A DNA stretch of 64,000 nucleotides from the human T2T-CHM13v2.0 reference genome, Homo sapiens. Each line of letters opens with the position of its first letter. Within the stretch, counting starts at the first letter, position 1. Under the pieces are notes generated by a model. That model was given only the letters and a program-made list of their open reading frames with translations. It did not search any database and was not told the DNA's origin. The translations under genes were made by a program, and so were the position numbers. The stretch lies in assembly GCF_009914755.1 (NCBI RefSeq), contig NC_060945.1, one strand, 5' to 3'. Positions 50,860 to 64,000 of this stretch are shown here, piece after piece.

Positions 50860-50990
50860 ATTTTAGCGCATTTAGTCCTCAGCACGGTCCCGAGATACCC
50901 TGCCATGCCCCGAGTCACAGAGGGGAAACTGAGGCGTGGGGCAGTGGCGTGACTCACCCCAGGGAGCCGAGATTCCCGCTCAGGTGTGGC
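50860..50990 (-). mobile_element. MIR fragment
   Basis: CATTTAGTCCTCAGCAC...ACAGAGGGGAAACTGAGGC...GTGACTCACCCCAGG. Confidence 0.6.
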
Positions 50991-51950
50991 TGCATCGACC
51001 TTGCTCCGGTCACTAAGCTGCACGGTTCGATGCGCTTCCTGGGAGCCCCAGCGTGCTCGGGCCAAGGGTGCTGCCGCGTGGGCAGTGCAGAGACCCTACC
51101 AGCGTGGGGACCAGGGAGGTCTGCAGGGCCCGTCCTGAGAGGGAGCCTTTCATGTCCCCCTCCCCATCCTGAAGCACACAGCCTCCCTGCCACAGTGGGG
51201 GCCGCTTCTGGGCCCAGGGGACGTTGCCCCATCACCGTGTGGCCTGGCCTTGTTGCTGGCTGGACAGTTGGGGGCAGGAAGAGGAGGGAAAGGGGGACTC
51301 TTTAACCTCCTGGGGGCAGGGGCAGCCCAGAAAGGACCCCAGCAGATCCCTCCTCTGTGTCCGGGAGTAGACGGGGCCCCTGAGCTGTGCCTGCCCCATT
51401 CAGATTCTGCTTGCTATGTGCACCTGGCAGCCTTGGCCCAGAGGCCCTATCCCCGCAGGGTGAGGTGCTCTGTCCTCCTCTGCTGTCCTCCCCATAGTGC
51501 CGAGGGGAAGCAGCCTTGCTGTTTGCTCTTTGGGCTTTGGGACAGGGTTGGTGGGGGTTAGCAGCTGTGCCGGACCTGGAGGTGGGGGTGCCTGCAGTGG
51601 AAATTCTGGTGGACGCCCACCCACCAGGCTCCGTGAGGGATGACGAGCTTGGTGATTCCCCTTGAGTTTCAGGCCAGTGACCGTTTCTCTCAGCAAAGCC
51701 CAGAGCCTCTGCAGACCCTGTGTGGGGCCTGGGGAGTGGCCGGGGGGCCACAGACAGGGCAGGGACAAGTGCTGACAACAGGTGGTCCCAGGAGTAAAGC
51801 CCACGTGGGCTGGAATGGAGGGGCAGGGAGGGAGGGAGGGAGGGAGGGCTGCAGCGGGGCCTGGCTGAGCCTGAGGGGGGCACAGGAACTGCGCTGGGGG
51901 GGCCTGGTGTGTGCAGGAGTGGGGGCCCTTGTGGATGCGCCCCAGAAGCA

Positions 51951-52166
51951 TAGGGCTGGAGCTCTCCGAGGCAGGGGCCGTGCCCGCGGCTGTTGGCATC
52001 TCGTAGGGCTGGAGCTCTCCCAGGCAGGGACCGTGCCCACGGCTGTTGGCATCTCGTAGGGCTGGAGCTCTCTGAGGCAGGGGCCGTGCCCACGGCTGTT
52101 GGCATCTCATAGGGCTGGAGCTCTCTGAGGCAGGGGCTGTGCCCGCGAATGTTGGCATCTCAGGGC
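51951..52166. repeat. VNTR, 53-bp unit x4
   Basis: TAGGGCTGGAGCTCTC..GGCAGGG.C.GTGCCC.CG..TGTTGGCATCTC at 51951, 52004, 52057 and 52110. Confidence 0.95.
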
Positions 52167-53788
52167 TTAGATGTCACCCCCAGGGCAGCTGGCACTGCCA
52201 CAAGCAGCCAGATTCCTGGGTCCCACTCATCCTCCGTCCCTGGAACACCCAAATGCCCAGCAAGCACCAGCCGCCTTGCAGGCAACCCCCCCGGAGCCAC
52301 ACCCCACCTGGCTACTGTTCCCCACCAAGCATGTGGGTAGGGCAGCCTTGCAGGAGCCGTACTGACTGGAGGGACCCGGGTCCGGTGTCCTGGAGCCCCG
52401 GGAGGCTCCAGCACAGCCCACCTTGTCCTCCACTGCAAGCCCACGGAGGCAGACAGGACAGCGGTGGGCTGGGAGGGCTGCAGCCTGTGGGAGGGGAAAC
52501 GCCAGGCCTGCACACCTGACCCTGCCCTAGCCCTGCCAGCCCGAGACTGTCTGGGATCAGCTGAGCACTGTGAGCAAGCTTCAGCCTCAGGGAAGGTGCC
52601 GGTCTCCTGGGAGTTGGGGCACAGCTGCATGGCTTGGGGGCTGGGGTCCGAGTGGGGCTGTGAGGGCGAGGAATTTCTGCAACTGCAGCTGGCCCGGTCG
52701 GTGGCACAGCCTGATGGGGACTTTTCACTGAACATCTGGACAGCTTGGTAGCGTCCCCGTGCGAGGGAGGCCGTGTCCCGTGCAGGGTCCTGGGGGACTC
52801 CATCAGCGTTCCTGGCCTGCATTGCCTCTGGCCAGGGGTGGGCCTCAAGCTTTATCAAGGAGCCCCTTCCCAGGTGTGGCCTGGCCGGGAGGGTCCTGCC
52901 CCCTCTTCTGGCCTCTCAGCTCCTCCCCAGCCCAGGCTCCTCTTGGGTTAGCCCCAACTCCTGCCGGACCCCTATGTTGGGCTGGACACTCCCAGCCCTG
53001 GGTGAGGGGCAGGAGGAGGAGGGGGAGCCCAGCCTGACCCCTCGGGCAGACTTCGAGGCCCCGAAAGTGGGGGTGCTGGGCTGTGATCCGGGCACCAGAA
53101 CAGAGCCCTCGAGGCCCACAGAGGTCCCTGGCTGCATCTCCAGGGATCAGGGAGTATGTGCCCCTGAGGGGAGGGGAGCTGGAGGGGTCCTGCTGCCTCC
53201 TGCCCGGCTCCATCTCCAGCGCCCCCTCCACCTCGTCCTGGGCACTGCCCTGTGTGTCCACCCCGCCGGCCCACCTCGAGGAGAGTGTGGGGGACAGTGC
53301 AGCCGTGCTGGGGCGTGGGGGGCGCTCAAAGGGAGGGTGAACCCTGTGGTCAGCACACAAGCAGGGACCCTGTGGAGGGTTTTGCTGTGTTGTGGGCTTG
53401 TCCCTCAGGTCCACGAGGAAGGGAGTGAGGCCCCCTCACACGGGAGGGCCGGGGTGGGGTAGGGAGGCTCCCTTGCTGCAGCTGCCAAGAGTGAGGGAGC
53501 GGGGCTTGGGCTTGGGCTGCCCGGGACACTGCCTCCAGGAAGCCCCCTGGGCTGTCTCAGTGGGACTCTGTGAGTGACACATGGAGCTCAGGTCACAAGG
53601 GCTGTGGGAGTGTCACCCCACAACAGCAACGGGTGCCTGGCCCTCTGGACTTTGCTCTCTACACCCCTCCTGAGCTCTCACAAACCCTGGCCCCTGGGAC
53701 CGGAGGCAGGTGATGTTTCCAAGGAGTCCTACAGGCAAGCATCCTCTGACCTGGGAGCTGCGTATTGTTCCCGTTTACAGGTGAGAAA

Positions 53789-55380
53789 CTGAGGCCTAGG
53801 AAGGACAGACACGTGTGCGTGCCGCAAGTGTGGCTAGCAAGGAGGGAGCCTGGAGGAGGGCCCAGCAGCCTGGCCCCAGAGCGCTCTTCAGCATCGCAGC
53901 AGATGCAGGACAAGCAAGCTCCCAGCCGGGGAGCACCAGGAGACCAGCAGGCATCCACCCTCGTGGTGCAGGCCATCTGATGAGGGCAGGGACCAGTGCC
54001 GGGATGGATAGTGCCTGTGCACAGAGTGGGGCGCAACTGGGCACAGCTGCCACCGGGGTGCTCGGGAGGCAGGTCCACACACACGCCGGCCAAGTCGCTC
54101 ATCTCAAATGCACGAGTCCCGTGATCTTGGAAAGTGGTGCACAGGCCCCTGGGCTGGGGCTTCCTCTGCCTCCACCCCCATCACTGGACATTCGGAGGTC
54201 AGTGGGAGGCCACGGGAGTGCACGTGAAGGTCATGTCACCATGATGGCCCCGAGGGGCTGCTCCTTCATCGCTCCTCCCTACCCCATGGGCCAGCCACTG
54301 GCACACAGGTGTCCTTATATGGTGCTTACCTCTTGCTCCTTTAGTCAAATGCAGAATTTGAGAAAATGTCCCTTCTCCTTAAAATGCTTTGATTTGTTTG
54401 ATGTTTCCATGTAACTTTGGTTTAAGAAGGGAGAAGACCACTCTGGGAAATAACTCATGCTTATCTCTCACCGCTTGGCAACCTACAAATATTTTTTCGA
54501 TGATGCTGGCTAAGCTTCTCGTAAATTCTCCATGCCTCTTAGATGCACCAAGAGTGACTCAGCATTTAACTCCTACTGGAGTGTCAAGGGCCCAGTGCAT
54601 TGGGTGCAGTTGTCTGTGGGTACAAGATCTTGTGTGATTCTGAACTAAGCACAGACAGAATGAAAAGCACAGCACTCCAAACAGGGCTTCCTGCAGGTCC
54701 TTTTACGTATATTTGGGTTTTTGTATATATCTAAGGTCAAGCTAGTGGACATCTATCACTTCAACCAGTTACCGTTGTGAGTGTGGTGAGAAAACTTAAG
54801 ATCTACTCAAGTTTGAAGTGCCATATGCGATACAGTATTCTAGCTGTAATCACCATGTGTACATTAGACCTCTAGAACTTACTTTTCCTGCATAACTGAA
54901 ACTTTGTACCCTTCGACCAACAGTCACATTTCCTCTTCTCTGTGGGCTGGCCTCGGCTGTGCCCTGTTAGCATTCCCAGATAAACAAAAGCTAAGGGGGT
55001 TAATTGCCACTAGACCTTCCCTGCAGGAAATGGTCCAGTAGTCCAACAGGCGAAATGAAAGGACACTACTCAGTAACAGTAAGTCAAGGAGGCCCCCGTT
55101 GCCTATGCACAGAGTGGGGTGGCAGCTGTGCCCCATTGCACCCCACTCTGTGCATGGGCACCGTCCATCCGGCACCAGTCCCTACCCCTTATCAGATGGC
55201 CTGCACCATTAGGGTGGACACCTGCTGGTCTCCTGGTGCCCCCCTGCAGGGCTCTTCCTTGTCCTGCATCTGCTGCAATGCTGAAGAGCAGTCTGGAGCC
55301 AGGCTGCTGGGCCCCCCTCGAGGCTTCCTTGCTAGCCACATCTGTGGCACACACGCATATTTGTCCTTCCTAGACCTCAG
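53789..55380. repeat. Inverted repeat pair, about 265-bp arms (53789-54054 and 55118-55380)
   Basis: Reverse-complement match, also visible as similar peptides in ORFs 53659..54102(-) and 55004..55387(+). Confidence 0.92.
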
Positions 55381-55510
55381 CCCCTGACAACCACCATTCT
55401 ACTCTGCTCCTATGAATGTGACTTTTTTAGATCCCACATGTGAGATCATGCAGTATTTGCTTCTATGCCTGCCTTATTTCCTTTAGTTTAATATCCTCCA
55501 GGTTCATTCA
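54730..55510 (-). mobile_element. L1MA-like 3' end remnant split in two (about 54730-54925 and 55381-55510) by a templated insertion
   Basis: GTGGTGAGAAAACTTAAGATCTACTC...ACTGAAACTTTGTACCCTTCGACCAACA, resuming CCCCTGACAACCACCATTCTACTCT...TTAGATCCCACATGTGAGATCATGCAGTATTTG. Confidence 0.8.
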
Positions 55511-55717
55511 TAAAAAGTGCAGTTACAAACTGTTGTTGCAATACCAGCTTTTATAATTGCCCATGTATTTACCTTTATTGAGATCTTCATTTCTTCATGT
55601 GACTTACTGTTATTGACTAGTGTCCTTTCATTTTACCTGCTGGACTCCCTGGACCATTTTCTGCAGGGCAGGTCTAGTGGCAATTAACTCCCTTAGCTTT
55701 TGTTTATCTGGGAATGC
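54970..55717. repeat. Inverted repeat pair, about 118-bp arms (54970-55086 and 55600-55717), about 90% identity
   Basis: GCATTCCCAGATAAACAAAAGCTAAGGG...CAGTAAGTCA versus TGACTTACTG...CCCTTAGCTTTTGTTTATCTGGGAATGC. Confidence 0.93.
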
Positions 55718-57300
55718 CAATTTCTCCCTCACTTTTGAAGGACAGTTTTACTGGATATAGGACTCTTGGTTAACAGTTTTTTTTTTCTTTTAGTACATTG
55801 AATATATTGGTCCACTGCCTTTTGGCTTCCAAAGTTTCTGTGACAAATCTGCTGATAATCTTATTAAGAAGCCCTTGGATGTGATCAGTTGCTTTTCTCT
55901 TGCTGCTTTCCAGATTCTCTCTCTGTTTTTGAAAGTTTGATGATAATGTAACTTGGTGTGAGTCTCTTTGAGTTTACCTTACTTGGAGTTCCCTGAGCTC
56001 TTAACTGTTTATATTCATGTCTCCCAACAAATTTGAGAAGCTTTCAGCCATTATTTCTTCAGATAGTCTCTCTGCACCTTTCTTTTTCTCTTCTGTTTGC
56101 AGCTTCCACGGCATGCATGCTTCCTTGTCTCTTGATGGTGGCCACAAGCCCCTTAGGCTCTTTTCACCTTTCTTTCATCTTTTGTCTTTGAAAATTTCCA
56201 TTATCTTATCTTCAAGCTCATTAATTTATTCTTTTGTCTGCTCAAATCACCTTCAGATTCCTCTAGTGATGTTTTCAATTTCAGCTATTGTACTTTTCAG
56301 TTCTGTAATTTCTTTCTGGTTTCTTTCAAGGTTTTTATATTGATATTTCCATGTTGTTCATACATCACTTTCTTGACTTTCTCCACACCTTCCTGTAGTT
56401 CTTTGAGCATCTTTAAGACAGTCATTTTAAAGTCTTTGTCTAGTAGATCTGCCATCAGGTCTTTTGCAGAGACAGCTTCTGTTAATTTATTTTTCTCCTT
56501 TGAATGTGCTATATTTTCTTATTGCTTTGTGTGCCTTGTGATTTTGTGTTAAAAAGTGAACATTTGAACTCAGTAATGTGGCTCTTGAATTTTGCCCTTC
56601 ACCAGCGTTCGCTTTTTTTTGTTACTTTTTAAAAAATGTTTTGTGTCTGTGCCAGAAATCTCCCTTAGGTGTGAACTTCAGGTCTTCTCAGGTCTTTTCT
56701 GAGCCTGTCCCTTTCCCTGGGTGTGTGCAGCCACTTTCTAATTTTCCTCTTACATGCTGCTGTTTTTCAATGTCCCGTTCTTTCATGTTTGGCTCCCAAA
56801 GGAGGAATAAGATAAAAATGAGGGAGAAAAAACAGTGCCAGCCCTCTAAATCCCCTTCAAGTCACTTCAGCTGGAAGGGGCAGCTTGCAACAACAGAGGG
56901 AGTGTAAAACAATGGCCCCACCTCCCTGTCTGCACATCTGTGATCCCAGGCAACCTGATCAGAGCACAGGTTCTCGATGTCTGCAGGACAGGGTCCTTTT
57001 TGCCGTCCTGTTTCCCACAAGCTGTGTGGCTGCTGCTCCAGGAACTCGTGCATGGCACCTGCTATGGGAATGGGGGTGGAGGATGGATGTGTGGCTGCTA
57101 TTGTGCCAAGAGCTGGGGTTTAGCTAAATTAACCACCCGTTACCGTCCAAGCCTTCCTGTGGACATTGCAAGCTTTCAGTAGACTCCAGAGTTCCAAAAG
57201 AGTTCTAAGACAAATTCTGCCCATGCACTTGTTAATTAGTTGGGGAGATGGATTCCTGGCGCTTTCCATCTGCCATTTACCAGAGTACTCCAGAATCATT
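55520..57300 (-). mobile_element. Old L1M 5' / ORF1 region remnant
   Basis: T-rich antisense L1 ORF1 motifs: TTTTGAAGGACAGTTTTACTGGATATAG, CTCTTGCTGCTTTCCAGATTCTCTC and TCAGCCATTATTTCTTCA. Confidence 0.75.
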
Positions 57301-57337
57301 TTCAAACACGTTTCTTTCTGTCAAGAAATCAAGTCTT

Positions 57338-57644
<307 letters not shown>

Positions 57645-58219
57645 TCAAGTCTTGAGGCATCATCATTGTTATATCATGTGCAGGTGTCTAGCCTGGATGC
57701 CACCCAGCTATGCCAAATGCGGGGAGAAACTCCCTATGGGCACTGTGGCTGGGTCCAGAGCTCAGAGGCTGGAGCTTTGAGAACTGGGCTGGAGCCAAAC
57801 CATGATGGAAGCCTCTAGCTCTCAGGAAGAGACACACATCTGCGGGGGCAGAGTGACCACATTTCCAGGTTGCCCAGCCCTCGGGAGTAGCACAGTGCCC
57901 AGGCACTGGGGCAGAGGTGGATCCCGTAGTCCCTCGGTGGGAGCTCCAAAGCCTCCCGTTTTCATCTCTTCCTCTTCCCAGGATGGGATTTTGGGGATGA
58001 GATCTTCCTGGTGGGCTGGAGTCTGTCCCAGAAGTCAACAGCCCAACCTGGGGCCAAAAAAGACCCTCTTAGATAAGGCAGGCCCTCGGCAAGACTCCAG
58101 CCACACATGAGAGGGTGGAACAGAGCTCCTGAGTCCCACTAACCACGGCCACCTGCAGTGGTCAGGTGGGGGCACCGTGTCCATCCCCCCATGGGTTTGT
58201 GCCAATTTGCATATAGGTA

Positions 58220-58664
58220 TGTAGCTTCCTATTGGCGACTGTAAGAAATTGCCACAAATTCAGTGGCTTAAACCAACACAGCTGTCTTACCTTTCAGTTT
58301 TGGAGGTCAGAGTCTGAAACCAGTTCACTGGGCTGAAACCAAGGTGTTGTCAGGGCTGGGTCCCTCTGGGACTCTGGAGGAGAATCTGTTTTCTTGACTT
58401 TTCCAGCCTCTAGAGGCTGCCGCTTCCCTTCGCTCAAAGCCCCTTCTTCCCCCTTCAAAGCCAACGGTGTTGGACAAGTCCTCATGGTGCCATCTTTTGT
58501 CCTTCGATTTTAAGGCTTTGTGTGGTTAGATGTGGATCATCTCCCATCTCCAGGTCCACAGCCTGAGTCCCAGCTGCAGCATCCCCTTGCCACGTAAAAT
58601 TACGCTTGTGGGTTCCAGCTGTTGTGCCGTGGACATCCTTGGGGCCATGGCTCTGCCCACCACA
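58220..58664 (-). mobile_element. MLT1-type (MaLR) solo LTR remnant
   Basis: AAATTGCCACAAATTCAGTGGCTTAAACCAACAC, CAGTTTTGGAGGTCAGAGTCTGAA, TTTTCCAGCCTCTAGAGGCTGCC, ending CTGCCCACCACA. Confidence 0.85.
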
Positions 58665-61601
58665 GTTTGTCCATGTGCACGGCTGCACATGTGTACATAT
58701 GCATGGGAGTCTTACTTTGCATTAATGGGATTGCCCTGTGTCTGAAAGTTCCTCTTTCCTTTATCCTGCATCTCAGGAGTCTCCATAACTCCAGGGAGAT
58801 GCTCTGCTCTTCGTGTTGTTCTGGTCTTTTCCTCAGCCCTTCCTGACTGAAGCACTCGCAGGTATTTCTGCTTCTCTGTATAACAGATGACCCTGCAGAC
58901 ACCTGCTCAGCCCCGACTGGCGGGTTCATCGCACAGCCTCGCCTTTGTTTATCAGACACCAGCTGAGCCACCCCACCTGTGCCTGGCGTGGGTTTTGGGT
59001 CAGCGCTGACGGTGGAGAGATTGAATGTTGTAAACGTGTCCGAGTGTCAACAGGAAGTCTCCACCCGGGGACAGGGGCCCGTTTCTTAGGTTGTTTTTAG
59101 CCTTCCGTGGGGGCTCTGCAGCCTTGGGATTTGGTGGAGGTGTTTGTTCTGAGGCCGTTTTTCTTTGATGCCAAGATGTCCCCCCGGGCACTTCACTGCG
59201 TAAGTGCTATGGTGTGATGGAGTGATGATGGTGGCGCACTCTTCAAGCTCTGGATCAGGTTCCGGAAGCTCTGTGTGAGTCTTACTGAGGTGGTTATTTT
59301 CTCTTTTCCCTGGAAAGTGGGCTGAGAGCACTCCATGTGGGCACGAGCGGCCCTGGCTCTGCAGGACTGGAGGGGGCTGTGCTGGAGGGCGGGGGGCTGG
59401 CCAGGCAGCCTTGGATCTTGTCCTCAGGAGCCCTTCAAAGGGGCAGCAGAGACTCCAGGCCCTGTGCCCCGAGGAGTCAGGCTGGGCTGGTTCTGGGGAG
59501 TGTCTGGAGCACCTGATGCTGAGCACAGGCGGGCGTCCGTGGAGTGCACGTGTCTGAGGGTCTCTGAGGGGTTTGCCCTTTTCTTCGGAGCCACGGTGGC
59601 CGTGAGGGATGCAGGACATTGGGTGTGGCCCTCGAGGACTGGCCTGTCTGGAGCCCACTCCCCCGTGGGTGAACGCGGCTCTTGGTGGAGAGCCCAGTTT
59701 GGGGAGAAGGGACGGTCTTGTCCTGGGAGGTGTCAGACAAAGCCGAGCATGGGACTCACAGGAGACCCCCAGTCAGGCCGTGTCAGGGTGAGGCTGGGAG
59801 TGAGGGTCCTGGAAAGTCCGGCTTCTGGGAGAGGGCGCTTTGGCTCAGAGGCTGCCACTGCAGAAGGGATGGACGTCCCCGGTCCCCTAAGATAAGGGAC
59901 CCAAGGGGAGGGGCGGGGACGTTCCACACTGGTGTGAGAACAGCGGAGAGTCCCAGCCAGAGGTACCCGCTGCTCTCCTGCGGGGAGGATGCTGGCTGCA
60001 CTGTCTGTCCTGGGCATATTTAAAGGGGCCTCTGTTAACACACACAGGCCTCCAGAACCATCCACACTTCTGGCTGGCCTGATTCCTGAGGGGGAAATGG
60101 TCTTTAAAGAAGCAAGCACCTTGATCCAAAGGGAGGTGGTCCAGCAGGAGGGGCCGCCCCACCATACCCAGGAAGGTTGAGCTCTCGCACCCGGGAAGGC
60201 TGAGCTCTCGCACCCGGGAAGGCTGAGCTCTCGAAATGGGGTTCAGGCATTTGCTGTTTGATTCCAGGACATCTGAGACAGCTGGGCCTGTACCTCGGGG
60301 AGTGGAGGCTGCGCCATTCTCTGCCCATCCAGCATCTTAGGGCCGGGCATTTGGAAGCTGGCTTCTGAAGGGAGCCCCCAGGAGCTTCGTGGAGAGGAGA
60401 CGGGACAGCTTTGGAAAGGGCGTTGCTGTCACTGGGGTCCCTGGGGCCGCCGGTGTAGCGTGCTGGTACCCTCCAGCCCAGGAAGGTGGCAGCTGCCGCA
60501 TCTTGCTTTCCCAATGACGGAATGTTCTAGGAAGGGTGGTGGGAGGTTTCTCCAAGGTGAACGCGGGGGCAGCTGGGTGGCTGGCACGGCCTCTGGCCCC
60601 CAGGCCGAGTCCTGTTTCCTGATCTTATCACAGCCCCAGCTTGGACATGTGGGACCAGGCACTTCTTATGAGAAAAAGGATCATTGTAACAGCTGCCATC
60701 TGGATGGACGATCATTGTAACAGCTGCCATCTGGGTGGACGGCGGCCTCTGTCTGAGGGGGATGTGACCGCTGGCCCCCAGAGCCCAGGCTCAGCCCGTT
60801 GGGACCCCTCTGCCCCTGGCCCAGACTGTGGCTGCAAAGCCCGGGCTCTGCCTGGCACGGCAGGTGTGCTGGGAAGTCACTCTGAGCAGGGTCTGCCCTT
60901 GAGTGGGTGCTGCCCCCCTCCCGTGGGCAGGAAACGAGGTGTGAGAACTCTGGGCACCGGGGCTGCGTCCTGGCTTGGGCTCCCTGGGCGAGGGATGGAC
61001 AGGGCTCCTTCTGACCCTGGGCTACTGAGTCGAAGTGAAGTCAAGCTCCGCCTGGGCAGGAATGAGTGGAGTGAGTCACCCGGCGCTGTGGGGCATTTGC
61101 ACGGAGCAGCGGGGCTGGTGGGGAGACTGTGGCACGTTGGCAGGTACGTCAGGCATGCAGCCCCTCCAAGGGGTGATTGTGGCCCCGAGGGGAATCAGCA
61201 TGGGGGGGATGGGGAGATACAGCTTGTCCTTGCCACATGAAGCACCTGGCCCAGCAGGTGAGCCGGTGACCGACAGCGCTGGGTGAAATCCCGCACCGTG
61301 TCCTCAGATGCCACGTGGAACCCCAGCTGAGGCAGCCACTCTGGGCGACGCCCCGTAGCCGAGGCTTCGAAGAACACTGGGGTGTGGGGTCAGCCTCCCT
61401 CCTTCCCTGTGGTGGAACTGTGGCTTCACAGTGGAGGCCAGGCTGGGGTGCCGGCCTGGGCTGCTCCAGCAGGGTCAGAGTGGGCGGGCAGGGCACAGGG
61501 CCGGGCGGGAAGGCTGCCAGCCCCAGCCCCTCACAGCTCCTTGCCCCAGCGGGGGTGCCGGCCAGTCCCTGGTCCCTTCTCCCCACTGGCTCTGCCCATC
61601 A

Positions 61602-61737
61602 ATGCTCAAAGCATGGAAGGGGAAGCCTGTGGACACCATGTCTGCTGTGCCCATCCCTGCTCAAAGCATGGAAGGGGGCCTGTGGACACCATGTCCCGTG
61701 CAGACACCATGTCTCCTGCAGACACCATGTCCCCTGC
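61602..61737. repeat. Nested short tandem duplications upstream of the TSPN exon
   Basis: TGCTCAAAGCATGGAAGGGG..GCCTGTGGACACCATGTC twice, then GCAGACACCATGTC twice. Confidence 0.85.
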
Positions 61738-61779
61738 ACACAGGTTTCTGCATGGAGCCTGCCTGTCGTTTGGGAATGA

Positions 61780-62868
<1,089 letters not shown>

Positions 62869-64000
62869 TGACCCCGTGACCCAGAGACACCCCCAGGCCT
62901 GTGCCAAGCCCTGTGGTGAAGTGGGGCTCCCGGCCTCTGACCGGCCGGTCGGGTAAGTGGGGACCGAGTCCAGGCCCAGCCACACGCCTCGTGGCCCCAT
63001 GCAGAATGAAAGCTGGGGTCCTTGTTGAAAACGATGAACGATCCAAAGCTGGCGGCAGCAGGGTGTTGATCCCAGCAGGGTTCTCCTGTGGTAGCTGCAC
63101 ACCCGCTGGGACCAGGGGCTCAGGGCGGCCCTGCAGGTCAGCACCTTTAACAAAGGGTGCAGCAACCCACGCCTGTGAGACTCCACTTTGGAGCACGTGG
63201 TGGGAGTCCCCCAGCGGTGAACGCACGTGGCCGCCTCCACCTGAGTCTCCGGGAAGTCCCTCCAGTGGGCCTTCATTTCTTGGGGTTGGGGGGGTGGACA
63301 GATCCCTAAACCCATGTGGGGTCTGTGTCCAAAGCCCCTGCATTTCTGGGAACCTTTGGCTGGGAACAGCCACATGGGTGACCTCAGCTGGCACTGTCTC
63401 ACAAGTCCCTGAATTCTAGCATTCAAGCTGGCCTGCAGCTGGACGCCCCTGCCCTGGCGGGCCGCAGGGGACAGAAGGTTAATTATTGCCCAGACAAGGG
63501 CTGTTTGTTTGAAGTTGTTCTAAGTCCTGGTGTCTGGGGGTTCTGAAAGCTGACTTTTCACCTTTGGCAGGAACTTTTAACCCTCAGAGCTCAGGAGCCG
63601 CTAGGACGTTGACACCAAACTGGGCCTCTTTGTTTTCCTCTTGATCACAAACATGATTACCGGGAAAGAAGTCAGAGTCACCCCCTCCAGTGAGAGGCAA
63701 TTTGTTGTGTGAGTCCCCAGCCGTTTCTTGGTGGAATAAAGTGGCCCACAAGTGCCGTACATCTTTAACACTGTTAGGAAAAGCGGCTGAGTGCCGAGAG
63801 CTCGGTACGTGGGTGCACAGCTGTGCCCCGATGGTGCTAGGGAGAGCCGGGCCACCGCCCTGCGGTGAGGGCCTCCTCATCAGCGAAGTCCCGTGTGTAG
63901 GAAGAGGGGGTCTGGGTGTTTAATTTTGCATTTCTTGGACTGTGAAGATAGACTTTCATTTTGTCACTTGTTTATTGTCTGTTTGTATTTCTTCCTTTGT

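Overview
GC-rich primate (human-like) genomic DNA from the COL18A1 (collagen XVIII / endostatin precursor) locus, gene on the + strand. About 97% of the window is intronic. It contains most of the long intron downstream of the promoter-1 exons (those exons are outside the window), the promoter-2 first coding exon, and the next common exon. The promoter-2 exon starts at ATG 49253 and encodes a signal peptide, a DUF959-type region and a Frizzled cysteine-rich domain, with alternative phase-1 donors after 49898 and 50603. The common exon is 61964-62508 and encodes the TSPN/LamG-like domain. The rest is five AluS elements with target-site duplications, old L1M, MLT1 and MIR remnants, and an unusually dense set of minisatellites. 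Nearly all other ORFs in the track are GC-richness or repeat artefacts, and I see no new gene system. Best leads: (1) a polypyrimidine-CAG|GTAAGT fused acceptor/donor 49 nt past the Frizzled donor, a candidate recursive-splicing ratchet or Frizzled-only isoform switch; (2) a multi-template-switch insertion at 54925-55380 that creates two long inverted repeats and a pre-miRNA-sized hairpin; (3) an ancient L1 with twin-priming inversion geometry and templated micro-inversions; (4) VNTRs built from arrays of transcription-factor or RNA-binding-protein motifs. All counts and alignments were done by eye, and repeat subfamily names are from memory of consensus sequences.
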